From: an uncultured Thermoleophilaceae bacterium
Lineage (GTDB): Bacteria > Actinomycetota > Thermoleophilia > Solirubrobacterales > Thermoleophilaceae
DNA: 64,000 nt
NCBI GenBank assembly: GCA_963778615.1
Contig: CAVZVD010000011.1
Span: forward strand, 189,915-253,914
Direction: 5' to 3'
A program made the translations under genes and the position numbers. Numbering within the stretch: position 1 is the first letter of the stretch; the number at the start of each line of letters is the position of its first letter. This document shows, one piece after another, positions 55,346 through 64,000 of the stretch. The notes beneath the pieces were generated by a model that was not told the origin of the DNA, made no database searches, and saw only the letters and a program-made list of their open reading frames with translations.

Positions 55346-56281
55346 CTAGGACTCGTCGTCGGGGTCGAAGGTACGGCGCTCGCGCGGCGCGGCCGCGCCG
55401 GCGACTTCTTCGGCCCGCGTGCCGCTCGGGGTGGCGGGCTCATCGGGGGCGAAGCCCGCCTCCGCAGACTCCCGCCGCGCGCGCTCCTCGGCCTCGCGGC
55501 GCTCCTGCTCCTCGGCCTCGCGCTGGGCGCGCTCCTCGGCCTCGCGGCGCTCCTGCTCCTCGCGCTCGAGCCGGGCGGCCTCCTCCTCGGCGCGGAACCG
55601 CGCGGAGCGCTCGCTCACCACGTCGGAGATGGCGTGGATCACGAGCCGGCACGAGCGGATCGCGTCGTCGTTGCCCGGGATCACGTAGGTGACCGGGTCG
55701 GGGTCGCAGTTGGTGTCCACGAGCCCGATGATCGGGATCTTGAGGCGCATCGCCTCGCGCACGCCGATCGTCTCGGTCTTCATGTCGATCACGACCATCG
55801 CGTCGGGCGGGCGCTGCATGTCGGCCACGCCGCCGAGGTTCGTCTCGAGCTTGTCGCGCTCCGCCATGGCGGCGATCCGCTCGCGCACCGGCAGCAGCTC
55901 CATCGAGCCGGACTCGGTCCACTCGCGGAGCTCGTGCAGGCGCTTGATGCGCTTCGAGATCGTCTGGAAGTTGGTGAGCAGCCCGCCCAGCCAGCGCTGG
56001 TTGACGTAGGGCATGCCGCAGCTCTCCGCGGCCTCCCGGATCGTGTCGCGGGCCTGCTTCTTGGTCCCCACGAAGAGGATCGTGCCGCCGCGCCCGGCGA
56101 GCTCGCCGGCGAACTCCTGCGCCCTGTGCAGCAGCTTCTCGGTCTTCTGCAGGTCGATGATGTGGATCCCGCCGCGCTCGCCGTGGATGAAACGGCGCAT
56201 CTTGGGATTCCAGCGGCGGGTCTGGTGGCCGAAGTGGACCCCGGCCTCCAGCAGCTCCTTGATGCCTATCTCAGTGGCCAA
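55346..56281 (-). CDS. rpsB: 30S ribosomal protein S2 with a long acidic C-terminal tail
   Basis: ORF 55346..56281 (311 aa). The start is TTG, with AAAGGGAG upstream. [47 protein letters not shown]. Intact. Confidence 0.95.
   Translation of the reverse strand: MATEIGIKELLEAGVHFGHQTRRWNPKMRRFIHGERGGIHIIDLQKTEKLLHRAQEFAGELAGRGGTILFVGTKKQARDTIREAAESCGMPYVNQRWLGGLLTNFQTISKRIKRLHELREWTESGSMELLPVRERIAAMAERDKLETNLGGVADMQRPPDAMVVIDMKTETIGVREAMRLKIPIIGLVDTNCDPDPVTYVIPGNDDAIRSCRLVIHAISDVVSERSARFRAEEEAARLEREEQERREAEERAQREAEEQERREAEERARRESAEAGFAPDEPATPSGTRAEEVAGAAAPRERRTFDPDDES
55481..55561. repeat. 48-bp-period tandem duplication inside the rpsB tail
   Basis: The identical 33-mer GCGCTCCTCGGCCTCGCGGCGCTCCTGCTCCTC occurs at 55481-55513 and 55529-55561. 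It encodes the repeated [12 protein letters not shown]. Confidence 0.7.
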
Positions 56282-56419
56282 CGAAATGCTCCCTTTTCGG
56301 TGTTCTCGCCCCCACCGGCCGCGAAGCGGGACCCGGGTCGTCAGTCGCCCGGGCAGGGCCGCTCGCGTACATGCCCGCGGGGTCAGGTCATACGGTCGCC
56401 GAAGAGGATAGTGGTCCCA

Positions 56420-56455
56420 GAACTAAAGCGAGGCGGCTTGGAAGCCGCCTCGCTC
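56420..56455 (-). terminator. Intrinsic terminator hairpin after the pseudouridine synthase gene, upstream of rpsB
   Basis: A perfect 11-bp stem, AGCGAGGCGGC (56427-56437) / GCCGCCTCGCT (56444-56454), with a 6-nt loop. On the minus strand it is followed by TTTAGTT. It lies 7 nt after the stop at 56462. Confidence 0.65.
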
Positions 56456-56461
56456 TATATC

Positions 56462-57335
56462 TCAGTCCCCGTCTGGCCCTCCGGAGACTGGCTCCCGTTT
56501 CGCTACGTCGAGCGCGCGACGTAGGTCTACGGGTGGTTTGGACTCGCAATCGTGAATTTCCCCGGTAGCGGGATGGCTAAACATCAACTTCGTCGCATGT
56601 AGAAATTGGCGATCCAGCCCGAGCCTCAGGCCGCACGCCCGGCCGCCGTAGGCGGGGTCTCCGCAGACCGGATGGTCGATCGCCGCGAGGTGCGCGCGGA
56701 TCTGGTGGGTGCGGCCGGTCTCGAGCCTGACCCGTAGCAGCGCGGTGCGCGGGAGGCGCTCGGCGACCTCGAAGTGGGTGACGGCATCGCGGGGCTTGTC
56801 CGTGCGGGTCGACATCAGCGTCCGGTTGCGCCTGTCGCGCCCCAGCGGGGCGTCGATCGTGCCGGTCTCGGTGTCGGGGTGGCCGCTCACGAGGGCGAGG
56901 TACTCGCGGGTGATCCGCCGCGCTTGCAGCTCGGCCTGGAGCGCGTCGCGGACGGCCTCGGTCTTGGCCACCAGGAGGAGCCCGGACGTGTAGCGGTCGA
57001 GCCGGTGGACGAGGAACCCGTCGATCGCGTCGGCAAGCGTGGGATCGTCGTGGCCCGGGGCCGGGTGGCTCACCAGGCCGGCCGGCTTGTCGACCACGAG
57101 CAGGTGCTCGTCCTCGAACACGATCTCGACCTCCGGCGCGGCCTGCTCGGGCACCTCGTGGTCGGCAACCGTGACCGTCTCCCCCGCCAGCCACGCGGTG
57201 GTTCTTCGCGAGGACACGGCCTTCCACCGCCACCGACCCGGCTTCGATCAGGCGCTGGGCGGCCGAGCGGGACGGAGCGGCGCCACGGGCGGCCAGGAAC
57301 GCGTCCAGTCGGAGGCCGGCCTCCTCGCCGGTCAC
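56462..57335 (-). CDS. rluD: RluA-family 23S rRNA pseudouridine synthase (RluD-like; frameshift near 57190 as assembled)
   Basis: GTG 57335 overlaps the lspA stop (GTGA). The S4 domain VTGEEAGLRLDAFLAARGAAPSRSAAQRLIEAGSVAVEGRVLAKNHRV is in the ORF 56577..57719 frame. The catalytic part HLLVVDKPAGLVSHPA...VHRLDRYTSGLLLVAK...GRTHQIRAHL is in ORF 56462..57217. Confidence 0.85.
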
Positions 57336-57793
57336 GCGGAGCGTTTCCGTCTCTCCCTCCCCTCCACCACGTACAGCAGCGACACCACGCCGATCACGAT
57401 GCAGCTGTCGGCGACGTTGAAGGCCGGCCACGCGATCGGGTCGATGAAGTCGATCACCGCGCCGATCCGCGCGCGGTCGGCCAGGTTGCCGAGCGCTCCG
57501 CCGAGCAGCAGGCCGACCGGCAGCCAGAGCCAGGGGCGGTCGCGGTTGAACGCGAAGTAGCCCACCAGCAGCGCCAGCGACAGCGCGATCAGCACCGCCA
57601 CGATGGCGCCGCCGCCCTCGAAGGCCCCGAAGGCGACGCCGGTGTTGCGGGCGTTCGTCAGGTCGAGGCCGAAGAACACCTCCACCTCCTCGCCGCGCTC
57701 GATCCCGCTGATGGCCCACTGCTTCGTGGCCTGGTCGACGACGACCACAAGGCCCGCGGTAGCCAGCGCCGCGGCGGCGCCGGAGGTCCTCAC
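57332..57793 (-). CDS. lspA: Lipoprotein signal peptidase (signal peptidase II)
   Basis: ORF 57332..57793 (153 aa). ...NTGVAFG...GGALGNLADR...VIDFID...PAFNVADS. Intact. Confidence 0.9.
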   Translation of the reverse strand: MRTSGAAAALATAGLVVVVDQATKQWAISGIERGEEVEVFFGLDLTNARNTGVAFGAFEGGGAIVAVLIALSLALLVGYFAFNRDRPWLWLPVGLLLGGALGNLADRARIGAVIDFIDPIAWPAFNVADSCIVIGVVSLLYVVEGRERRKRSA

Positions 57794-58080
57794 CCGGGTC
57801 TGATGAGGCCCGTCACGACCGCACTCAGGAGGATGAGCACGAAGGTGGCGACGATCGGGCTGAGGTCGAGGGCGCCCGGACCCATGCGGACCGGCGGCAG
57901 GATGCGCCGGAAGAGGTTGAGGTACGGGTCGGTCACGTCGGTCACGAACTTCAGGAAGCCCGCCAGGAAGCGGTTGTAGGGGATCCGCGGGATCCAGCTC
58001 ATGATGATCCGGACGAAGATCAGGACCAGGTAGACGAGCGCCAGCGTCTTGACGTAGTCGGCGATGTCGTCGCGGCTCAT
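57790..58080 (-). CDS. yggT: YggT-family membrane protein
   Basis: ORF 57790..58080 (96 aa). ...LVYLVLIFVRIIMSWIP...FVTDVTDPYLNLFRRILPPVRMGPGALDLSPIV. Confidence 0.85.
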   Translation of the reverse strand: MSRDDIADYVKTLALVYLVLIFVRIIMSWIPRIPYNRFLAGFLKFVTDVTDPYLNLFRRILPPVRMGPGALDLSPIVATFVLILLSAVVTGLIRPG

Positions 58081-58833
58081 CTCCTGGTTCCCTCCACGAC
58101 GGCGTCGACGGCTGCGCGGCAGACGTTCACGATGCCCTCTTCCTCGAGCCTGATCAGCCCGCGTTCCGTGGCTCCGCCGGGCGTCGCGACACGCCGCTTG
58201 AGCGCACCCGTGTCGTACGCGCTCTCAGCCAGGTAGGCGGCCGTGCCGCCCATCGCCTCCACGACCATGCGCATTGCGTCGTCGCGCGGGAGGCCGTGCT
58301 GGGTGCCGGCGTCGGCGAACGACTCGGCGACGAGCGCTATGAAGGCCGGCCCGCAGCTCATCAGCGCCATCGCCGGCTCGATGAGGGGCTCGTCGTCCAG
58401 CCCGATGATCGTGCCGGCGCGGCCGAAGAGCTCGAGGATCTCGTTCTCAGGCCCCTGTGCGGCGAGGCTGCCGCGCACGTAGCAGAGCACGCCCTTCCGG
58501 ACTTCGGCCGGGATGTTGGGGATGAAGCGGTAGACGGGGGTGTCCGGGTAGGCGGCCTCGATCTGCGCCGTGGTCGTCGCCGCCAGGATGGACGCGATCG
58601 CACGCGCGGAGATCTGCTCGGCCACCTCGTGCAGCTGCTGGGGCTTGTGGCACAGCACGACGACGTCGGCGCGCTCCGCGAGGGCGGGGGCGCTCTCCAC
58701 GGCCTCGCCGCCGAGCTCAGCGGCCAGCTGCTCCGCCTTCGGCGGCGTCGATGTCGTACACGAGCACGGGCTCGCCGATGCCCCGCGCGAGCGCGGAAGC
58801 CATGTTCCCTGCCCCGATCAGTCCGAGCTTCAC
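58077..58833 (-). CDS. proC: Pyrroline-5-carboxylate reductase (frameshift near 58740 as assembled)
   Basis: GTG 58833 gives VKLGLIGAGNMASALARGIGEPVLVYDID. After a shift: KAEQLAAELGGEAVESAPALAERADVVVLCHKPQQL...MSCGPAFIALVAE...TPGGATERGL (ORF 58077..58700). Confidence 0.9.
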
Positions 58834-58852
58834 TGCGGGTGAAGCCTAGTCG

Positions 58853-59395
58853 TCAGGACTGGTTGAAGAAGCCCTTCTCGATGAGCCGCGCGCGCTCCTC
58901 CGCGGAGACCTCGACGTTGCGCGGCGTGAGCAGGAACACCTTGTCGGCAATCCGCTGCATCCCGCCGTCCAGCGCGTAGGTCAGGCCCGAGGCGAAGTCG
59001 ATCAGGCGCTTCGAGAGGTCGGTGTCGCTGCCCTGCAGGTTGAGGATCACCGGGATCGAGTCCTTGAACTGATCGGCGATCTGCTGGGCGTCGTTGAAGT
59101 TCTTGGGGATCACCAGGTGGACCTGGATGTCCCCGCCGGCGGTGCTCCGGCCGTTGCCGCCCACGGGACGCAGCACGCGCGTCTCGCGGCCCCCGCCGCG
59201 CGGCTCGTCGGCGAAGATGTCGTCGATCTCGTCGCGGCGGCGGCGCTGCAGCCGCCGCACGTTGGGCCGCTCGCGATACCGGTCCTCGATCTCGGCCTCG
59301 GGCTCCGGCTCGCGCACGGGCTCGTAGCGAGGGTCCTCCTCCTCGGCGAGACCGAAGTAGACCAGCGTCCGATGCCAAGTGTCGCGAAGCGCCAT
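58853..59395 (-). CDS. sepF: Cell division protein SepF
   Basis: Within ORF 58853..59611, from ATG 59395. MALRDTWHRTLVYFGLAEEE...VHLVIPKNFNDAQQIADQFKDSIPVILNLQGSDTDLSKRLIDFASGLTYALDGGMQRIADKVFLLTP. Confidence 0.9.
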   Translation of the reverse strand: MALRDTWHRTLVYFGLAEEEDPRYEPVREPEPEAEIEDRYRERPNVRRLQRRRRDEIDDIFADEPRGGGRETRVLRPVGGNGRSTAGGDIQVHLVIPKNFNDAQQIADQFKDSIPVILNLQGSDTDLSKRLIDFASGLTYALDGGMQRIADKVFLLTPRNVEVSAEERARLIEKGFFNQS

Positions 59396-59480
59396 GCTGA
59401 CCTGCTTTTCGAGCGTAAGGGGGAAACTCCTTGTCACAGCGCAGGGTAGCGCCGTAGGTCCGGACGGCATACTGGGCGCG

Positions 59481-59876
59481 ATGTCCCAGGCAGATGTCCA
59501 GCTCGCGCGAAACGCGGTCGCCGCCTTCAACCGGCGGGACGTGGCGGGCCTCGTCGAGATGACCACGGACGACTTCGAATGGGTGACGTGGACCGGGACG
59601 GTGGAGCCCACGGCCTACCACGGGGCCGAAGGGCTCGCGCGCTACTTCCAGGACGCCGACGTCTGGGAGGTCCTCAACCTGGACGCGCGGGAGTTCCGCG
59701 ACCTCGGTGACGGGGTGCTCGTGGTCGGGACGTTCCACGCACGAGGCGGCGGCAGCGGCGCGGAGATCCACGTGCCGTACTACTCCGCGTTCTTCACGAG
59801 CGGCGGAAAGCTGGCGCGGGTCCTCAGCTTCCGGACGGAGGACGAGGCCCTCCGTGCCGCGGGGCCGCGGGAGTAG
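59481..59876 (+). CDS. SnoaL/NTF2-like family protein
   Basis: Within ORF 59379..59876, from ATG 59481, with CATACT 7 nt upstream. MSQADVQLARNAVAAFNRRDVAGLVEMTTDDFEWVTWTG...GAEGLARYFQDADVWEVLNLDAREFRDLGDGVLVVGTFHARGGGSGAEI... Confidence 0.7.
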   Translation: MSQADVQLARNAVAAFNRRDVAGLVEMTTDDFEWVTWTGTVEPTAYHGAEGLARYFQDADVWEVLNLDAREFRDLGDGVLVVGTFHARGGGSGAEIHVPYYSAFFTSGGKLARVLSFRTEDEALRAAGPRE

Positions 59877-59880
59877 GAGC

Positions 59881-60706
59881 GTGGAGACCACTTCGTTCCA
59901 GGTCGAGCGCGACGGCGTCGTCCTCCGCGGCGAGCAGGCCGGCGACGGGCCCCCGATCGTGCTCCTGCACGGGCTTTCGGCCACGCGGCGCAACGTCGTT
60001 CAGGGCTCGCGCCACCTCATCAAGCGGGGCTACCGCCTGATCGCCTACGACGCCCGCGGCCACGGCGCCTCCTCCCCCGGGGAGGGCTACGAGTACGCCG
60101 AGCTCGTGGACGATCTCGAGGCGGTGCTCGACCATCTCGGCATCGACCGCACCGCCCTGGTTGGCAGCTCCATGGGCGCCGCCACGGCGATGGCGTTCAC
60201 CCTCGAGCACCCCGAGCGCGTGGCGGCGCTGGTGCAGATCACGCCCGGCCTACACGGGCTACGCCCGCACCGGCGACGTGGACGGCGACACCTGGGAGCG
60301 CATGGCCGCCGAGCTCGAGCGCGGCGGCGTCGACGCCTTCGTGGAGGTCGCGCAGCCCGAGGGCCTCCCTGAGCGCTGGCGCGAGATCGCCCGCGAGGCC
60401 ACGCGCCAGCGCATGGAGCGCCACGACGACCCGGCGGCGGTGGCCGCGGCCCTGCGCGAGGTGCCGCGCTCGATCGCGTGGAAGGGCCTGGACGTGCTCA
60501 GCGACCTCGACGTGCCGGTCCTGATCGTGGGCTCCCGGGACGAGGCCGACAGCCTGCACCCGCTCGGGGTCGCCGAGGAATACGACCGGAGGCTCCCGAG
60601 GAGCGAGCTCGTGGTCGAAGACAAGGGACAGTCGCCGCTTGCCTGGCAGGGCGCCCGGCTCTCGGGAGAGATCGGCGACTTCCTCGAGCGGCATGGGTAC
60701 TCGTAG
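59881..60706 (+). CDS. Alpha/beta hydrolase (frameshift near 60245 as assembled)
   Basis: GTG 59881 gives VETTSFQVERDGVVLRGEQAGDGPPIVLLHGLSATRRN...AYDARGHGAS...LVGSSMGAATAMAF (ORF 59707 frame). The C-terminus ...VLIVGSRDEADSLHPLG... is in ORF 60161..60706. Confidence 0.8.
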
Positions 60707-61266
60707 CCTCGGGATCCTGCTCGCCCTGGTCGCCCTGGCCGGCTGCAGCGAGGAGGACGAGGAGCCGCCGCAGGTCGAGGGCACCGGCTACACGTACGCC
60801 GTGCCCGGTGGCTGGGAGGAGGCGACCGGCGCCGACATCGAGGTGGGCGGGTTCCGGCCCGACTCGCTGGTCATCGCCGAGAGGGAGGACGACTTCACCA
60901 CCAACGTGAACGTGGTCCGGGAGGACGGGTTGCCGGGCGGGGTCACGGTCGACGACTACGCCGAGGCGAGCGTCGCCGGGCTGCGCGACCCGGCCGCGGC
61001 GGGCCTCCCGCCCGAGCTCGTCGAGGTCATCGAGGCCCTGAGCCCGACCCAGATCAGCGAGCTGCGCGACGCCGAGTTGGGCGGCGAGGAGGCGGTCGCG
61101 TGGGAGTACAGGGCGACCCAGGATGGACGCCGCGTTCAGATCCGCCAGGTGGCGGCGGTGATGGACGGCGCCGGCTACACGGTCACGCTGACGGTGCTCC
61201 CCGACGGGCTTCGACGACGGGACCGGCGCGCTCGACGAGGTCGTCGAGTCCTGGAACTGGGAGTGA
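60693..61266 (+). CDS. Putative lipoprotein (frameshift near 61210 as assembled)
   Basis: ATG 60693 within ORF 60639..61781. MGTRSLGILLALVALAGCSEE (LAGC lipobox). ...GYTYAVPGGWEEATG...NVNVVRED... After a shift the C-terminus reads FDDGTGALDEVVESWNWE* (TGA 61264-61266). Confidence 0.7.
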
Positions 61267-61270
61267 GCGC

Positions 61271-61877
61271 TCAGGCCGTACAGGACGCTTCCGAGGCGCA
61301 CGATCGTCGCGCCCTCCTGCACCGCCACCTCGTAGTCCTGCGACGTCCCCATCGAGAGCCGCTCGAGGCCGTGCTCGGCGGCCAGCTCCGCCAGGCGGGC
61401 GAAGTGGCGCCGGCTGTCCTCCGGGTCCTCGACGAACGGCGGCATCGTCATCAGGCCGGTGACCGGGCAGGGGCAGCGCTCGATGTAGGAGGCGAGCTCG
61501 GAGGGGTCCACGCCCTCCTTCGAGTCCTCGCCCGCCACGTTCACCTGGATCAGCACCTCCGGCGCCGGGTTCTGCTCGAGCCGCCGCAGCGCCGACTCCG
61601 ACGCGATCGAGTGGATCAGCCGGACGTTCGGGGCGATGTCCTTCAGCTTGCGGCTCTGGATGGCGCCGATGAAGTCCCAGGTGAACAGGTCGCGGTGCTC
61701 CTCCTGCTTGGCGAGGAGGTCCTGGGCGCGGTTCTCCCCCACGAGGTCGATGCCCGCCTCCGCCAGCGCGGGCAGGTCTGACGCCTCGACGTACTTGATC
61801 GCCGCCAGCACCTCCACGTCGGGCCCGATCCGCTCCCGCACCCGCTCGAGGTTGCGGCGGACGGTCTCAGCGTCCAT
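61271..61877 (-). CDS. yggS: YggS-family pyridoxal-phosphate-binding protein (3' end uncertain; the assembled ORF reads on to 60498)
   Basis: The first ~200 aa of ORF 60498..61877 read MDAETVRRNLERVRERIGPDVEVLAAIKYV...LVGENRAQDL...WDFIGAIQSRKLK...LSMGTSQDYEVAVQEGATIVRLGSVLYG. A 1-nt shift gives a TGA at 61271-61273. Confidence 0.85.
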
Positions 61878-62595
61878 CGAGCACGACCATCCCCGCCTGG
61901 CGGCCGGTCAGGCCGTCGTCGCGGCGGTGGGAGAAGTAGAGGTCGGGGTGGCAGCTGGTGCAGCAGTCGAGGTGCTCGACCTCCGTGACGCCCGCGGCGG
62001 CGAGCCGCGCTTCGATCACCTTGCGAAGGTCGAGCATGCGGCCGTCGGCGGCGCCCTTGACGTCCTCGAACTCGGCGAGCACCTCGGGGCCGACCTCGTA
62101 GCAGCACCCGCCGATGCCGGGGCCGACGGCGGCGGCCGGCGGGCGCTCGAAGCGCTCGACGGCCTTCTGGACGATGCCGCCCGCGAGCGGCCGCCAGCCG
62201 CAGTGGAGCATGGCCGCCTGGCGGCCGTCGGAGAGGGCGACCGGGAAGCAGTCGGCCACGAGCACGAGCAGCGCGAGCGCGCGCTCGGTCGTGAGGTGGC
62301 CGTCCACGCGCGGGAGCTGCTTGCCGCCCGGCTCGGCGTAGACGTTCTGGGGATCGGGACCGTCCCAGTCGCGGAGGTCGCTGCCGTGGACCTGCCAGCC
62401 CATCACGACCCGCTCGGGCTGCACGCGCGCGCCGTGGGCGAGCCGCCGCCGGTTCTCGGCGACGTGCTGGGGCTCGTCGTCGGTGAGGATCCCGAGGTTG
62501 AGCGAGCGGTAGGGGCCGTGGGAGACGCCGCCGTTGCGGGTGGAGAAGATGGCCCGCGCGCCGGGCAGCGGGAGCTCGTCGAGGAGCTCGCTCAT
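61867..62595 (-). CDS. pgeF: Peptidoglycan editing factor PgeF (YfiH/DUF152 laccase-domain protein)
   Basis: ORF 61867..62595 (242 aa). ...FSTRNGGVSHGPYRSLNLG...VADCFPVAL...MLHCGWRPLAGGIV...GPGIGGCCYEVG...CTSCHPDLYFSHRRD. Intact. Confidence 0.9.
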   Translation of the reverse strand: MSELLDELPLPGARAIFSTRNGGVSHGPYRSLNLGILTDDEPQHVAENRRRLAHGARVQPERVVMGWQVHGSDLRDWDGPDPQNVYAEPGGKQLPRVDGHLTTERALALLVLVADCFPVALSDGRQAAMLHCGWRPLAGGIVQKAVERFERPPAAAVGPGIGGCCYEVGPEVLAEFEDVKGAADGRMLDLRKVIEARLAAAGVTEVEHLDCCTSCHPDLYFSHRRDDGLTGRQAGMVVLDGR

Positions 62596-62634
62596 CGCGC
62601 GCCCTCGGGCGAGCGGCCGCTGTCGCGGGCTCGC

Positions 62635-63869
62635 TCATTCCCCGTCGCTCCGGGCGAGCGCCAGCGCCGTCTCGAGCTCCTCGTCGCGCCCGTCCACCAG
62701 GCCGTCCAGCTTCCGCCGCAGCGTCTCCTCGAGCGCCCGGCCGATCGCCGGCCCCTCGGGCACGCCCGCCTCCAGCAGGTCGTCGCCGCCGATCTCCAGT
62801 CCCACGCGCGCTCAGGGACGTCGCCCAGCGGATCACCGGGTCCGCCGGCGCCCCCAGCGCGAGCGCCAGCGCCAGCGCCTCCGGCGGCTCGCTTCCCAGG
62901 AGCTCCCGCAGCTCGGACGGCGTGTGCTCCCGCTCCCGCAGCGCCGTGCACAGCCGCGGCGCCACACGGGCGGCGCGCGCCACCGCGTCCCGGTCGCGCG
63001 CCTCGAGCGGCAGCGCCGCCACCCACAGGTCCAGCTCCTGCGGATTCTCGACCACCATCGCCGCGAGCTCCGAGGTCACCCGGTTCGCGCCCAGCGTGAC
63101 CGCCCCGAGCGCCGCGGAGGCCACCTGCTCGGGATCGGGATCGAGCGCCGGGTGCAGCGCCGTGTGGATCTCGAGCTCCTTCAGCCGCTTCACCGCCGCC
63201 GGCGCCTCGGTCTCCTCGAGGATCTTCACGAGCTCCCGCCCGGTGCGGTCGGACGACACCGTCGCCAGCGCCTCCGCAGCCGACCGCGTCGCGTGCGAGC
63301 ACCTCGGTGTCCGGGTCGAAGCTGAATCCCAGCCGCGCCTCGAACCTCACACCGCGCAGGAGCCGGGTCGGGTCGTCGCGGAAGCTCTGGTCGTGAAGCA
63401 CGCGCAGCAGACCGGCGTCGAGGTCGGAGAGCCCACCGTGCGGATCGTAGAGGTGGCCCAGATCGTCGCCCTTGAGGCCGATCGCCATGGCGTTGACCGT
63501 GAAGTCGCGACGGGCGAGGTCCTCGCGAAGCGGGGCCGCCTCCACCCGCGGCAGGGCGCCCGGCTCGTCGTAGGTCTCCTTGCGCGAGGTGACCAGGTCG
63601 ACCTCCACGTCGCCGATCCTGACGATCGCCGTGCGGAAGCGCTCGTACTCGCGCACCTCGCCGCCGAGCCGGTCGGCGAGCGCACGCGCCACCAGCGGGG
63701 CGTCGCCCTCCACGACGAGATCCGGCCCGCGGTCGGGCAGCTCGCCGCGCAGCAGGTCCCGCACCCAGCCTCCGACGAGGTAGGTCGGGGGCAGCCCGAC
63801 CAGCGCCGTCAGCAGGCGCTCCATGCCGGACAGGCGGCGGACTCGCTCTCGCAGGTCCGCCGTGCTCAC
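62635..63869 (-). CDS. tRNA nucleotidyltransferase/poly(A) polymerase family protein (CCA-adding enzyme-like); 2 frameshifts as assembled
   Basis: GTG 63869 overlaps the hisF stop. ...[27 protein letters not shown]...[11 protein letters not shown]...[17 protein letters not shown] is in ORF 62592..63953. The middle part is in ORF 61643..63259. The C-terminus [33 protein letters not shown]...* lies in a third frame (TGA 62635). Confidence 0.8.
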
Positions 63870-64000
63870 AGCCGCACCGGGATCCCCGCCGCCCGCATCC
63901 GCTCCTTCGCCTCGCGCACCGTGTAGTGGCCGTAGTGGAAGATCGACGCGCACAGCACCGCGTCGGCGCCGCCCTTGTCGATGGCGTCCACGAGGTGGTC
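63866..64000 (-). CDS. hisF: Imidazole glycerol phosphate synthase cyclase subunit HisF (C-terminal 44 codons only; the rest lies outside the window)
   Basis: My reverse translation of 63866-64000 gives [44 protein letters not shown]. Not in the ORF track because it runs off the window edge. Confidence 0.85.
   Translation of the reverse strand, partial: DHLVDAIDKGGADAVLCASIFHYGHYTVREAKERMRAAGIPVRL

Noticed and set aside
1-64000. Search for CRISPR arrays, IS elements or transposases, integrases, prophage genes, and rRNA/tRNA genes
   Set aside because: I saw no regularly spaced direct repeats, no DDE or tyrosine/serine recombinase-like translations, and no rRNA or tRNA signatures. The only repeats found are the short tandem duplications at 43002-43074 and 55481-55561 and the paralogous gene pairs.

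Overview
Very GC-rich chromosomal segment (about 70% or more by eye, not computed) with actinobacterial-type gene content and order; a deep-branching Actinomycetota class is only a guess. I found no rRNA, tRNA, CRISPR array, transposase or integrase.

Left third:
- a secreted NHL-repeat protein that runs off the window start, and two tandem secreted paralogs of unknown function
- an orphan response regulator with Glu at the phospho-acceptor position
- an island of five TetR-like regulators (two paralogous divergent pairs) bracketing two tandem vapBC modules
- ArsR-DUF899 and LysR/aldo-keto reductase pairs
- a translationally coupled nitrogen operon: amtB-glnK-(unknown 361 aa)-glnA

Middle:
- an orphan histidine kinase, and a serine-hydrolase/VanX-like dipeptidase unit
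- nadE, a class III adenylate cyclase, a P450 and a GGDEF-EAL protein
- a tightly coupled minus-strand block: proS-pgsA-(small RsiG-like coiled-coil protein)-FHA-MerR/FtsR-like-apt-SRPBCC-FAD oxidase
- a membrane GGDEF-HD-GYP protein

Right third, a minus-strand housekeeping backbone:
- hisF'-cca-like-pgeF-yggS ... sepF-proC-yggT-lspA-rluD (hairpin terminator)
- rpsB-tsf-pyrH-frr-uppS-cdsA-(GAF-GGDEF-GAF-GAF-HD-GYP)-dxr-rseP-(fadD-like)-gap-ispG

Major caveat: by manual frame stitching I count on the order of 40-50 single-base frameshifts. Many fall in essential genes (proS, glnA, dxr, ispG, tsf, cdsA, nadE) and several sit at homopolymer runs. These look like assembly indel errors, not biology. 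Coordinates of stitched genes are outer boundaries.

Most interesting candidates:
- the unknown gene embedded in amtB-glnK-X-glnA
- the RsiG-like c-di-GMP-motif protein, in a window unusually rich in c-di-GMP enzymes
- the duplicated CxxC-TetR regulator pairs
- the tandem secreted paralogs

All functional calls come from my own reading of the translations. No database search was run.
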